A stretch of 64,000 nt of DNA from Bdellovibrionota bacterium (GTDB taxonomy: Bacteria > Bdellovibrionota_C > UBA2361 > JBGSMV01), in contig JBIKWF010000003.1 in assembly GCA_044356455.1 (NCBI GenBank), positions 60,413 to 124,412 of the forward strand, in the 5' to 3' direction. Of this stretch, positions 39,856 to 48,427 are shown piece by piece; position 1 is the first letter of the stretch, and every line of letters starts with the position of its first letter. The notes beneath the pieces were generated by a model. That model was not told the DNA's origin. It did no database searches and was given only the letters and a program-made list of their open reading frames with translations. Made by a program: the position numbers and the translations under genes.

Positions 39856-40158
39856 TATAGGGGCCAGAAGCTATATAGCGAAGAAGAGAAGGACCATCAG
39901 CAGTTGAGGCTGAGCGAGAGGAGTGAGAGCGCTGGTGGTTAAGAAATAACAGCATCTTTATCTAGAGAGCGAAGTTCTCGAGAAACGCTCAAGGGCATTT
40001 CAAGAATCACAAAAAATTTTTGCGACTCGCGAATGTATAGTTTGAGTTAAATTGTTTACAAGCATGAATAAGAAAAATTTGTCGAGGCGATCTAAACCAA
40101 GTGAAATCAGATTGTTCGGCCAGGATCAAGAAGCGAAGTATAAACCACTTAAACGAAT

Positions 40159-40623
40159 ATGAGTGCAGTCGGAACACAACCTGTGCAGGGTCACGATCGA
40201 AAACAAACAATTTCAACTACTCAGCAGAGTGAAACCGATCGCGAAGTCATCGCGCAGCAACGCCGACTTTTGCGCGTCGCATTATTGGTCTTGATTGGAA
40301 TAACAGCGCTCTGCTCTTTTTGTTATTTTTACGGCCTTTTTGCGCATAGTCCGGAAATATTCATCGGCGCGACCTGCATGACGGTCACAATATTTTTCTA
40401 TGGCGAAGTTGTCTGTTCCATGTGCGCAAATGTTTATCGTCGTCCTCAGATCCTGCTAGTCGCTCTTCTGAAGATCGTCTTGATCATCCTTATTGTCAGA
40501 TCCGATCTGCTTAAGAATCCAAGTTCTATGCTGTGGAGCGTGGGCGGCTTTCTCCTCGCGCTCATCCTTACCGCGTTTCTTGTTGGTGGCGGGGAGCGCA
40601 CGACCGCGGATGCTTCCTCCTAA
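40159..40623 (+). CDS. Four-TM membrane protein, AtpI-like
   Basis: Four hydrophobic segments, LLKIVLI; located upstream of atpB. Confidence 0.55.
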   Translation: MSAVGTQPVQGHDRKQTISTTQQSETDREVIAQQRRLLRVALLVLIGITALCSFCYFYGLFAHSPEIFIGATCMTVTIFFYGEVVCSMCANVYRRPQILLVALLKIVLIILIVRSDLLKNPSSMLWSVGGFLLALILTAFLVGGGERTTADASS

Positions 40624-40937
40624 GAGGGCGTTCCCTAGAATCTTAGATCTTCAATTTGGGCACAATCCGAAGGTCAGCTGCTCTCTCGATCCTAAAGAAA
40701 GTGCGATGCGAACTTTTGTTGGGAGGGGGCGTCGATTCTTAGGCATTTTTGCGCACGGAGTTGCCAAGAACTCGATAAAATTGATTTGACGGCTCCGACT
40801 AGCTACCCTCGTAGTAAGGGCGGCAGTTCAATTGAGTAGGTTTGAGGGTAAAAGTAGTCTCTAACTCCCCTCAAGCATTGATTTCTTCCGCATAATTTTA
40901 TAAACCCTTGTCGCCTCTCTGAGAAGGTATAGTACAC

Positions 40938-41705
40938 GTGTCAGGTAACCACTCATATTTTAGCTACGCCATCAGTTCTCTCTACGAGAATCATGAGATC
41001 GCGCAATATTTGCCAGATGTAGAGCGCCTGTCAGTGGGAGTGCTCTTGGGTGGTCTGATGATTGTTGGTGGCCGGGCGCTCAGCCGCAGGATCTCCACCA
41101 AGGAAGGCCAAGCTGCTGCAATTATTCCTGAAAGTAAGCTCTCGGTCTTCTCTGTGACAGAGGCGTTCCTTGAGGGATGCGCTAAGTTTTACGATACGGT
41201 GCTTGGCGATCCTGGTCGCAAGCATCTTCCCTTTATCCTCTCTATCTTTCTGTTTGTTCTTATTTCAAACCTTCTTGGGCTTATCCCGGGTATGCCTTCG
41301 GTAACCAATACCGTATGGGTAAACGTCGGTATGGCACTGGTGGTGTTTGTATACTTCAACGTGCAAGGTTTTAAGGCGCATGGAGTTGCGGGCTATCTTA
41401 AACATTTTTGTGGCCCGATTGCTCTTCTTGCCCCCTTCATGTTCGTGCTCGAGATTTTCAGTATCTGCCTTCGTGTCTTAACATTGAATCTTCGTCTCTA
41501 CTGGAACATTAAGGCAGATCACGTGGTGGTGAGCACCTTTACCGATTTGCTTCCACCAGGAGTTCCCGTTGTTTTCTACGTAATGGGTACTTTCGTGTGT
41601 TTCATGCAAGCATTCATCTTCTCGACGCTCACGATGGTTTATATCCTGCTCGCAACTCAGCATGATGAGGAGCACGCAGAAGGCCATGCGGCGAAGGGAC
41701 ATTGA
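40938..41705 (+). CDS. atpB: F0F1 ATP synthase subunit a
   Basis: SNLLGLIPG, LEIFS, LTLNLRLYWN (conserved Arg), FMQAFIFSTLTMVYI. Confidence 0.95.
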   Translation: MSGNHSYFSYAISSLYENHEIAQYLPDVERLSVGVLLGGLMIVGGRALSRRISTKEGQAAAIIPESKLSVFSVTEAFLEGCAKFYDTVLGDPGRKHLPFILSIFLFVLISNLLGLIPGMPSVTNTVWVNVGMALVVFVYFNVQGFKAHGVAGYLKHFCGPIALLAPFMFVLEIFSICLRVLTLNLRLYWNIKADHVVVSTFTDLLPPGVPVVFYVMGTFVCFMQAFIFSTLTMVYILLATQHDEEHAEGHAAKGH

Positions 41706-41819
41706 AGTTTTAGGATACCGAAATTTTGGGCGGCGAGATTTAGGGCCGCGAAATTTTCAAGATATCAAGATACGTAAGTATTTAGTGTGAATTGATTTAA
41801 CTCGATGGGAAGGAAACCT

Positions 41820-42137
41820 ATGAACAAGAACGTAATGACATCGACACTCGCCCTTGTGGCTTTAACCGTGCTCCCGAACATTGCTTTTGCAGCAGAGGGC
41901 GCCGAAGGTTCTGGTCAGGGCATGATTGCTCTTAGCGCCGCCGTAGCTATGGGTCTCGCAGCTCTTGGTGGTACGCTTGGACAAGGCAAGGCGATCTCCT
42001 CAGGTCTTGAGGCAATTGGCCGTAACCCTTCAGCTTCCGGCAAGCTTCTTACCCCACTCATTCTTGGTTTGGCTCTTATTGAGTCCCTTGTAATTGTGGC
42101 TTTCGTTATCGCTAACAATCTTGCTGGTAAGGTTTAA
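41820..42137 (+). CDS. atpE: F0F1 ATP synthase subunit c
   Basis: GLAALGGTLGQG, IGRNP, GLALIESL; signal-like N-terminal extension; GAAGGA SD before ATG 41820. Confidence 0.95.
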   Translation: MNKNVMTSTLALVALTVLPNIAFAAEGAEGSGQGMIALSAAVAMGLAALGGTLGQGKAISSGLEAIGRNPSASGKLLTPLILGLALIESLVIVAFVIANNLAGKV

Positions 42138-42209
42138 TAACCTTTCAGGCAGGACTTGTTCCTCAACCAGGGGCGTAGTTAGTCGATTACGTTCAGGTTG
42201 GAAAAAAGA

Positions 42210-42249
42210 GACGGCTGATTGCGGGAAACTGCAGTCAGTCGTTTTTTTT
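42210..42249 (+). terminator. Rho-independent terminator after atpE
   Basis: gacggctgattgc...gcagtcagtcgt stem followed by T8; the preceding A-run may make it bidirectional. Confidence 0.8.
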
Positions 42250-42373
42250 GGGGGGCGTTTTTTTGGGGCGTTTTTTGGGTCGTTCCTTTGCGGCCTTCTT
42301 TGGTGGCTACATCGAGAGTGAGGCTAGAGTAACTTCTCTTTCAGCAGCCGAGGCTTTAAGGCTTGCAGAACTT

Positions 42374-43408
42374 TCAGGCAGCCCTATTTGAAATCTCAAC
42401 AGAATAAGAGGTGAGTGCCAATTTTATACCTGCGTTTTCTAGAGCAGCGAGAATTCCAAGATTGATTGCTTCTTGAGTTGTGCCATCAAGGCCAAGGTTC
42501 CTTGAGATAATTCGATAGGTAACCTCGTATTGGAGAGCAGAGTCCCCAAGATTTTTAAGAAATGCACCCTCAAAGCGCACTTCGGGCTGCTTCTCGATAA
42601 CCTCGCGTACTAACTTGGGCAAATCTTTGCGTTTTTGAGAATCGGTGTCGTAGCGAACGCCAAGGGTAAATTGAATTCTTCGCTCCAACCTCTTTTCAAA
42701 GTTTTGGATTCGGCTCGCGAGCAGATTGGCATTCGAGAAGACAATCTGCTGACCTTGTGGGCTTCTGACCCGCGTAGACTTAAGACCAATTCTTTCAACG
42801 GTGCCAGCAAAGGAGTCGACGGCGATGTAATCGCCTTCCTCAAAAGGCCTATCAATCAGAATCGAAAGAGAGCAGAAAACGTCCCCAAGAATGTTTTGCA
42901 CCGCCAGTGCGATGGCAATGCTTCCCACCCCAAGTCCGGCGATAAGAGTGGTAACATTGAGGCCTAAATTCTGAAGTATCAGTAGAGTGACGACACACCA
43001 CGCGGCGATTTGGCCAAAGAAAACAAGCAGTCGCAATGCTGTCGCGCGCGATCCGTTCGTCGAGGAGGCATACTCAGAGCCCCAGAAAGAAATTGCCACG
43101 CTAAGGACGCGTCCAAGGAGATAGAGAGCCGCAAATATCGCGGCTTTTGAAAGAACCAGGGAGGTGGCTCCGTGAGGGCCAAGTAGTGCAGTGCTTGTTC
43201 CGAGACAAATCACGAGCACAAATATGGCCGAAACTTTTTCCAGGGCTGCGGCAAGCAGCCGAGGCGCAGGCCGCGAAGACTTTGTGCGTGTTATCAGGGC
43301 TGTGGCGCCTCTTAGCACAAGTAGGGTAATGCCAGTTCCAAGTAGAGCTACGGCAATGGCAGGGGCAAAATCGCGAAGGGCACTAGTCGTGAAAGGGGCG
43401 TCAAACAT
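42374..43408 (-). CDS. Small-conductance mechanosensitive channel (MscS family)
   Basis: LIAGLGVGSIAIALAVQNIL, DRPFEEGDYI, GTVERIGLKST, FSNANL. Confidence 0.93.
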   Translation of the reverse strand: MFDAPFTTSALRDFAPAIAVALLGTGITLLVLRGATALITRTKSSRPAPRLLAAALEKVSAIFVLVICLGTSTALLGPHGATSLVLSKAAIFAALYLLGRVLSVAISFWGSEYASSTNGSRATALRLLVFFGQIAAWCVVTLLILQNLGLNVTTLIAGLGVGSIAIALAVQNILGDVFCSLSILIDRPFEEGDYIAVDSFAGTVERIGLKSTRVRSPQGQQIVFSNANLLASRIQNFEKRLERRIQFTLGVRYDTDSQKRKDLPKLVREVIEKQPEVRFEGAFLKNLGDSALQYEVTYRIISRNLGLDGTTQEAINLGILAALENAGIKLALTSYSVEISNRAA

Positions 43409-43663
43409 AGGTATCCAAACAAATCAGCTAGTTAACTAATTACCTCGGATGCTCGTGCTGTACAAGGAAAGCGTTTATATCTACACTCCGGCTCCGCATT
43501 TTAAAGATCAGACCAGTACACCGGAAATTTATTGGCTGAGTCTGAGCGTGGTGCTCCAAGTGCGGGTTAGGGCCTTCTCGGCGAGCGGTGGTAGCACTCC
43601 TCATAAAGGGTGTACCAGTCTTAAAGCCGGTCAAGAAATTGTGCGGTAAGGAGTTCACGTTAG

Positions 43664-44215
43664 ATGGGATTAGCGCAGCGCTCAGAAAATCAGCAATTAC
43701 CGAGTAAAGCACCTGTGGCGGAAAAAATTGCAACACCTGTTCTTGAGGGCGCCCTTACCAAGCCAAAGCTTACGCTCGTAGGTAAGGCGAAAGATCCTCT
43801 TTCGGAGTTGTTCCATCGTAAACCTCTTCGCCAGCACGTGAAAGAATTCGCCCAGATAATGGCAATTATTGGGTTAGCAGTTGCAGGGTATTTTGCCTGG
43901 ACGAATCACTCCTTAGCTGATGTATTCGGAATTACCGCGGCCTGCCTCGTGCTTTTGGCGTTGGGTTATTTTGCTCCCAGGGCCCTGCTCCCTGTCTGGC
44001 GTGGTTGGATGAAGCTTGGTCATTTCCTTGAAATCACTACTACGTGGATGATTCTTGGCTTTATGTGGTTCGGTATGTTCGTACCAATCTCTTTCTTGCT
44101 CAGGCTCTTGGGTATAAAGGTCATGGATATGACCTACAAGCAGCCAGTTTCTTCCTATTGGCTTACCGTTCCGAAAGAGAACTCGGATTTCAAGTTGCTT
44201 GAGAGACAGTACTAA
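43664..44215 (+). CDS. SxtJ-family membrane protein
   Basis: PRALLPVWRGWMKLG, FVPISFLLRLLG, SSYW, ERQY C-terminus; AAGGAG SD. Confidence 0.8.
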   Translation: MGLAQRSENQQLPSKAPVAEKIATPVLEGALTKPKLTLVGKAKDPLSELFHRKPLRQHVKEFAQIMAIIGLAVAGYFAWTNHSLADVFGITAACLVLLALGYFAPRALLPVWRGWMKLGHFLEITTTWMILGFMWFGMFVPISFLLRLLGIKVMDMTYKQPVSSYWLTVPKENSDFKLLERQY

Positions 44216-44247
44216 GGGTAGCGAGGCACTCCTCGCCCTACTTGGTG

Positions 44248-45672
44248 TCAGGTCATTCCCAAGATGCCGGCTAAGTCTCCCCTACAGACATAGGGAAGTA
44301 TTAGTTTCTCGAGAGGCAAGAATTGGACGCGAAGCTTGCTAATTGATCCCCCGGCGACCAGAAGATTTGTAATTGCCTCTGCGAAGAGAGGTGCCACTGA
44401 TATCTCAATTGTTCTTGTTCCTCCATTGAGAAGAGCAGGGTCCAAGTTAACTGGAGCTGCGACAGGAACTGAGTCGGTGATAAACAAGTTTTTAAATGGC
44501 GAGTTAAGCATCCGATAAAACGCTTGGCCAGAAAGAACCGGGTGGATAGCCCCCGCGTGTATCTCGCGAGCGCCTGAGTTCCCAACTTTGATGCCACCTT
44601 CGCAGAGGGTAACACCAGAATCAATCATGTCATCGAGCATCAAAGCAGTAAGGTGCTTTATGTCTCCGAATAGTTCTTGAACATCGATGGTTCCGGAGCG
44701 GTGGTGTTCTTTATAGAGAAACGCAAGCCCAGAAAGGTCGAGCTGTGTTTTCACAATTCCCGCTCTTTTACCTGCCCCCAAATCGGGCGCTACAATTTTA
44801 GTGTTCTTTATCTCGCTCCCCAGTACTCGCTCGATTACAGGCAGCATTACGCTTGACCCAAATACAAAGTCGACAGCGCGATCGAAGAATCCAGACATGG
44901 CAGGATTGTGGGGCTCAAGAGTAATTATGCGAGCTACCTTTTCATTTCGCTCAATGCGTCGCATTATTGCAGCTGCGGTTATTGGTACCCGCTCTGTCTC
45001 TTTGCGGTCCTGCCTCGCATAGCCAAAGTAAGGCATAACTAGGCTAATTTCTTTAGTCGAGGCTCTTTTGAGAGCATCGAGCATGAGTTCAAGATCGTTG
45101 AGATGTTGGTGCTGAGGGTAGTGAGTGCTATTAATGACAATAACATGCTTGTTTCGAACATTGTCAGTAAACTCAACTTTCCGCTCTCCATCTGAAAAAT
45201 CGTAGACCTTGTAATGGCCGAGTGAAACGCCAAGACAAGCCGCAATTTTTCTTCCCATCAGGTTTGAGCCTGGACCTGCAACAAGAACAACATCCTCAAA
45301 CAAAGGATTCTGAGGCCCTTCGGCAATCTCTTTCTCTCTCGCGAGGAGTGCTCTATCCAGAGCGGTCATTTGTTCATTGTAAAGTGCGGCAACGTCTCGA
45401 GGCATGAGCCTAAGAAACCCGAATTCTTCGGCTACTCGCACATTACTCGAAGAGGTATTCCCGGAATTAAAGGTCAATTGATCGTTGACGGATTGCTCAT
45501 GCCTCTGCAGCGCCCCTAAGGTATGAGGAACGACAAAATCTCTCTTAAATCCGGTAAGAAACAAGGTAAGACTGCTTGAGTCGAGGGGGGGAACCTTTGG
45601 GGAAACATCTGAGGGGAGCCGGTCCTGGTTAGAACCTTGAGGGTTAGGAGAGCCTGAGCTGGGAGATGCCAT
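44248..45672 (-). CDS. prs: Ribose-phosphate pyrophosphokinase with ~120-aa N-terminal extension
   Basis: FSDGE, MPYFGYARQDRK, VAPDLGA, DDMIDSGVTL, HPVLSG, ITDSVP. Confidence 0.88.
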   Translation of the reverse strand: MASPSSGSPNPQGSNQDRLPSDVSPKVPPLDSSSLTLFLTGFKRDFVVPHTLGALQRHEQSVNDQLTFNSGNTSSSNVRVAEEFGFLRLMPRDVAALYNEQMTALDRALLAREKEIAEGPQNPLFEDVVLVAGPGSNLMGRKIAACLGVSLGHYKVYDFSDGERKVEFTDNVRNKHVIVINSTHYPQHQHLNDLELMLDALKRASTKEISLVMPYFGYARQDRKETERVPITAAAIMRRIERNEKVARIITLEPHNPAMSGFFDRAVDFVFGSSVMLPVIERVLGSEIKNTKIVAPDLGAGKRAGIVKTQLDLSGLAFLYKEHHRSGTIDVQELFGDIKHLTALMLDDMIDSGVTLCEGGIKVGNSGAREIHAGAIHPVLSGQAFYRMLNSPFKNLFITDSVPVAAPVNLDPALLNGGTRTIEISVAPLFAEAITNLLVAGGSISKLRVQFLPLEKLILPYVCRGDLAGILGMT

Positions 45673-45775
45673 ATAACGCCGTTTAAGAATGGCGCAATCT
45701 ACTTCCGCTTGCGGGGTTTAGTAAAGGGGGGAGCAGTCATCTCACTAGGTCTTTTGGGTCCAGCGAGAGACAAGG

Positions 45776-48427
45776 CTAGCGGCTTAGCTTTAGCTTAAGG
45801 AGTTGGAACGCAGAGTTCGCTGCTTTAAGGGTGAGAGGTCCCTTTGATGAGGTAACTCGCCGTTCTCTCAGGAAAATTTGGATCAAGAAGAAGGCGAGCG
45901 CCGCAAGGAGAAAATATGCCCCGAGTTCTACGCGCGTTACAGTGGTGCGTTTGAGCCCAGAAAGTGTTTCGTAACTCGGATTTACCTTCCCTCCCGTTTC
46001 TCGGGCAAGTCGCTCAAGAAGGCTTGTGTTAAACCCTAACCCCTTTCTCTCTCCAAAAAGCTCTCCCGAAACATCAAAGGCTACCGGTGTAAAGTTATAA
46101 GGCTGAGCGCCGCCACTCGCCTTTAACTTCACTTGATAGGTTCCAGCTTGAGCTTTCGGAAGGCTTACTTGATACCTGCCGCGTGAAACGGGCTCTAGTG
46201 TGACTTCGCGCGTGGAGCCGTCGGCTCCCACTACCTCGGCTTGTATCCGAGCAGCGCCGAGATCTTGAAAGACCGCCACATCAAGGGTAAGTGCACCGCG
46301 TTCAACAAAACGCCTTAAGTCGAAGCGTACGTTGGTCCCCTTACCCCCCTGCTCTGGTCTCACACTATCAAGAAGATTTGACCAGAACTCAGCATAACGT
46401 GGCCAGCCAATCCAGTTGCTCGACCAGCGGCCATTGGCATCGGAGGTAAATGCTGCAACCTTGCCTTTTTCGAGCTGCCACGAGGCGAGCAGAGGGCGCC
46501 CTTCTGCTCCGCTTACCACAGCAAGTTCATAGTTGGCGTCTGGCTTTGCTTTCGTTTCAACATAACCTCTTAGTGGGGGGAACGCACGCACCTGGGTGCT
46601 GCGTACCTCGCCCTGGCCAGGCCTCACTTGGAATTCTCGCTCTTCACGCAGTGTCTTCTCCCCAGAGCGTACTTTGACGTCCTCCATGAAAATGCGCGGA
46701 AGTTGGCTTGGATCACTTGCTGAATAGAAAGATCCCCCGCCCGCCTCGCTCAAGGATCGCAGAAATCCAAAATCAAATTCCCCACCGATAAGTACTGTTG
46801 AAACGGTAATGCCAGAGAGCCTCGCTTGGCGAACATCTTCAAGATAGATCGGCCCTGCATCCTTGAGCTCACCATCAGTAACAATAATAATGTGTTTCCT
46901 TCCCGCGGGAGTTGCTTCTAGTCTGCGCCGCGCTTCTCTAAGTGCGGGAAGGAGCCACGTTTGGCCTTTGGGGAATAGGCGTCCAATTCTTTCAACCGCG
47001 AAATCTCTGTTTCCCCCCACTTGCGTCGTTCGCAGCACTTCCCAGGGCGTTTCATCAAATCCAATGACACCGATGTAGTCCTCATCCTTTAAATTCTCGA
47101 CTACCTGGCGCGACGCTTCTTTAGCAAATTCAAGGCGCTGGTCGCGGCTCATGCTTTGAGATTTATCGATGACCAGCTGAACGGCAACATTGAGGCGTTT
47201 TTGCTCGGCTTGAGGTGGAATCATGATGACGGGAAGAATCGCCTCCATTTTGCTGCCAATATACCCCCCGAGCCCATATCCGCGGTTCCCTCCCGTCATG
47301 ATGAAACCGCCTCCATTTCTCACGAAGGCGTCAAGACTTTGGAGAGTTCCGCTAGGTAGCTGCTCGAGCGCCACATTATTAAATACGACAGCAGAAAAAT
47401 CTTTAAACTCGGGAAGGCTTGCAAAACGAGGCGCCCCTACCAGCGCTTGCACTTGATAGGACTGACCCTTTAAGGCTTCATCAAGAAAGCGTTTATCCTC
47501 GGAGTCTCCGTGGAGTATTAGGATCTTTTCCCTTGTTTCACCGGAGAGAAAAGCGCGCCACTCGGATGGGCGAAAATCTGGATTGGTTGGGGTTAGAGTT
47601 GCACGCACTTTCTTAATGCCATCCTGAGACGGATCGCTATCGGTTTCAAATAAAAGCTCTTGTCCCGCGAAAACTGTTATTTGCTTCTCTAAAAGAACGT
47701 GCTCTTCATGCACTATTTTAAGTGTTCCGCTTTGTGTCTCAGATGAAGTGTTCTGAACACTAACCTTGATAGGAACACTTTTCTGAGATGGCGCTACGAG
47801 AGGGGCGCTCAGATTCGAAATGGAGAATTGAGAACTGCTTTTTTTGTCGAGAGAGGGAACAAGTGGGAATAGCGCGATATGAGCTGCTTGCAGTGCGGGA
47901 ATAAGCTCAAGTGCGTTGCCCTGTGTTTCATAGCCGTCCGATACAAGTACTATCGGTTTCACACCCGAAGTCTCTGATGCGGGCTCCGCAAGCACTCGAG
48001 CTAACGCTTGTTCAAGATTCGTCTCTCCAAGATTCAACTGAGAAAATGTCTCTTTAAGTCGAGAGAAGGTTTCGCTGGTCGAGAATGAGGTCGGAGCTCG
48101 GGAGGCGGTACCTGAAAAGGGAAGTATTTTAGTTTCGCCATCGGGCGTAAGGCGTTTTGCCTCGCTCAGAAGATCCTCTCCCGCGGCAGGGTCGATACTT
48201 TCAGAAATATCGGCGAGCACCAGGGCACCGCTCTCCTCCGATGAACTCTCGATACGAGGGCCTGCTAGGGCAATGCAGAGGCAGGCGAGCGCGAGAACGC
48301 GCAGGAGATGCTTCGTAGTGGTTCTTAGCGTGAATGTCTTTCTCTCGAGCGCAAGTGCCGCAACGAGAAGGGCGGCCGGAAGAAGAAGGAGGGTAAACAG
48401 GGCCGAGAAACCCATTTCAAAGTGCAT
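45776..48427 (-). CDS. Membrane-anchored double-vWA plus GATase1-like domain protein
   Basis: MIDAS motifs DISES and DKSQSM, VSDG/VTDG, GGGFIMTGG, YGLGGY, GKVAAFTSD; GGAGG SD before ATG 48427. Confidence 0.88.
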   Translation of the reverse strand: MHFEMGFSALFTLLLLPAALLVAALALERKTFTLRTTTKHLLRVLALACLCIALAGPRIESSSEESGALVLADISESIDPAAGEDLLSEAKRLTPDGETKILPFSGTASRAPTSFSTSETFSRLKETFSQLNLGETNLEQALARVLAEPASETSGVKPIVLVSDGYETQGNALELIPALQAAHIALFPLVPSLDKKSSSQFSISNLSAPLVAPSQKSVPIKVSVQNTSSETQSGTLKIVHEEHVLLEKQITVFAGQELLFETDSDPSQDGIKKVRATLTPTNPDFRPSEWRAFLSGETREKILILHGDSEDKRFLDEALKGQSYQVQALVGAPRFASLPEFKDFSAVVFNNVALEQLPSGTLQSLDAFVRNGGGFIMTGGNRGYGLGGYIGSKMEAILPVIMIPPQAEQKRLNVAVQLVIDKSQSMSRDQRLEFAKEASRQVVENLKDEDYIGVIGFDETPWEVLRTTQVGGNRDFAVERIGRLFPKGQTWLLPALREARRRLEATPAGRKHIIIVTDGELKDAGPIYLEDVRQARLSGITVSTVLIGGEFDFGFLRSLSEAGGGSFYSASDPSQLPRIFMEDVKVRSGEKTLREEREFQVRPGQGEVRSTQVRAFPPLRGYVETKAKPDANYELAVVSGAEGRPLLASWQLEKGKVAAFTSDANGRWSSNWIGWPRYAEFWSNLLDSVRPEQGGKGTNVRFDLRRFVERGALTLDVAVFQDLGAARIQAEVVGADGSTREVTLEPVSRGRYQVSLPKAQAGTYQVKLKASGGAQPYNFTPVAFDVSGELFGERKGLGFNTSLLERLARETGGKVNPSYETLSGLKRTTVTRVELGAYFLLAALAFFLIQIFLRERRVTSSKGPLTLKAANSAFQLLKLKLSR

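Noticed and set aside
39473..39955. 160-aa (minus) and 84-aa (plus) ORFs across the repeat
   Set aside because: The open frames are explained by stop-free repeat units of 15 and 18 bp; no convincing SD or protein-like content.
41820..42137. Na+-coupled ATP synthase
   Set aside because: Gln and Glu-Ser are present, but the Thr and Tyr of the Na+ signature (ESTxxY) are replaced (ESLVIV), so H+ coupling is more likely.
43664..44215. Saxitoxin biosynthesis
   Set aside because: SxtJ-like proteins are widespread and no other sxt genes are present.
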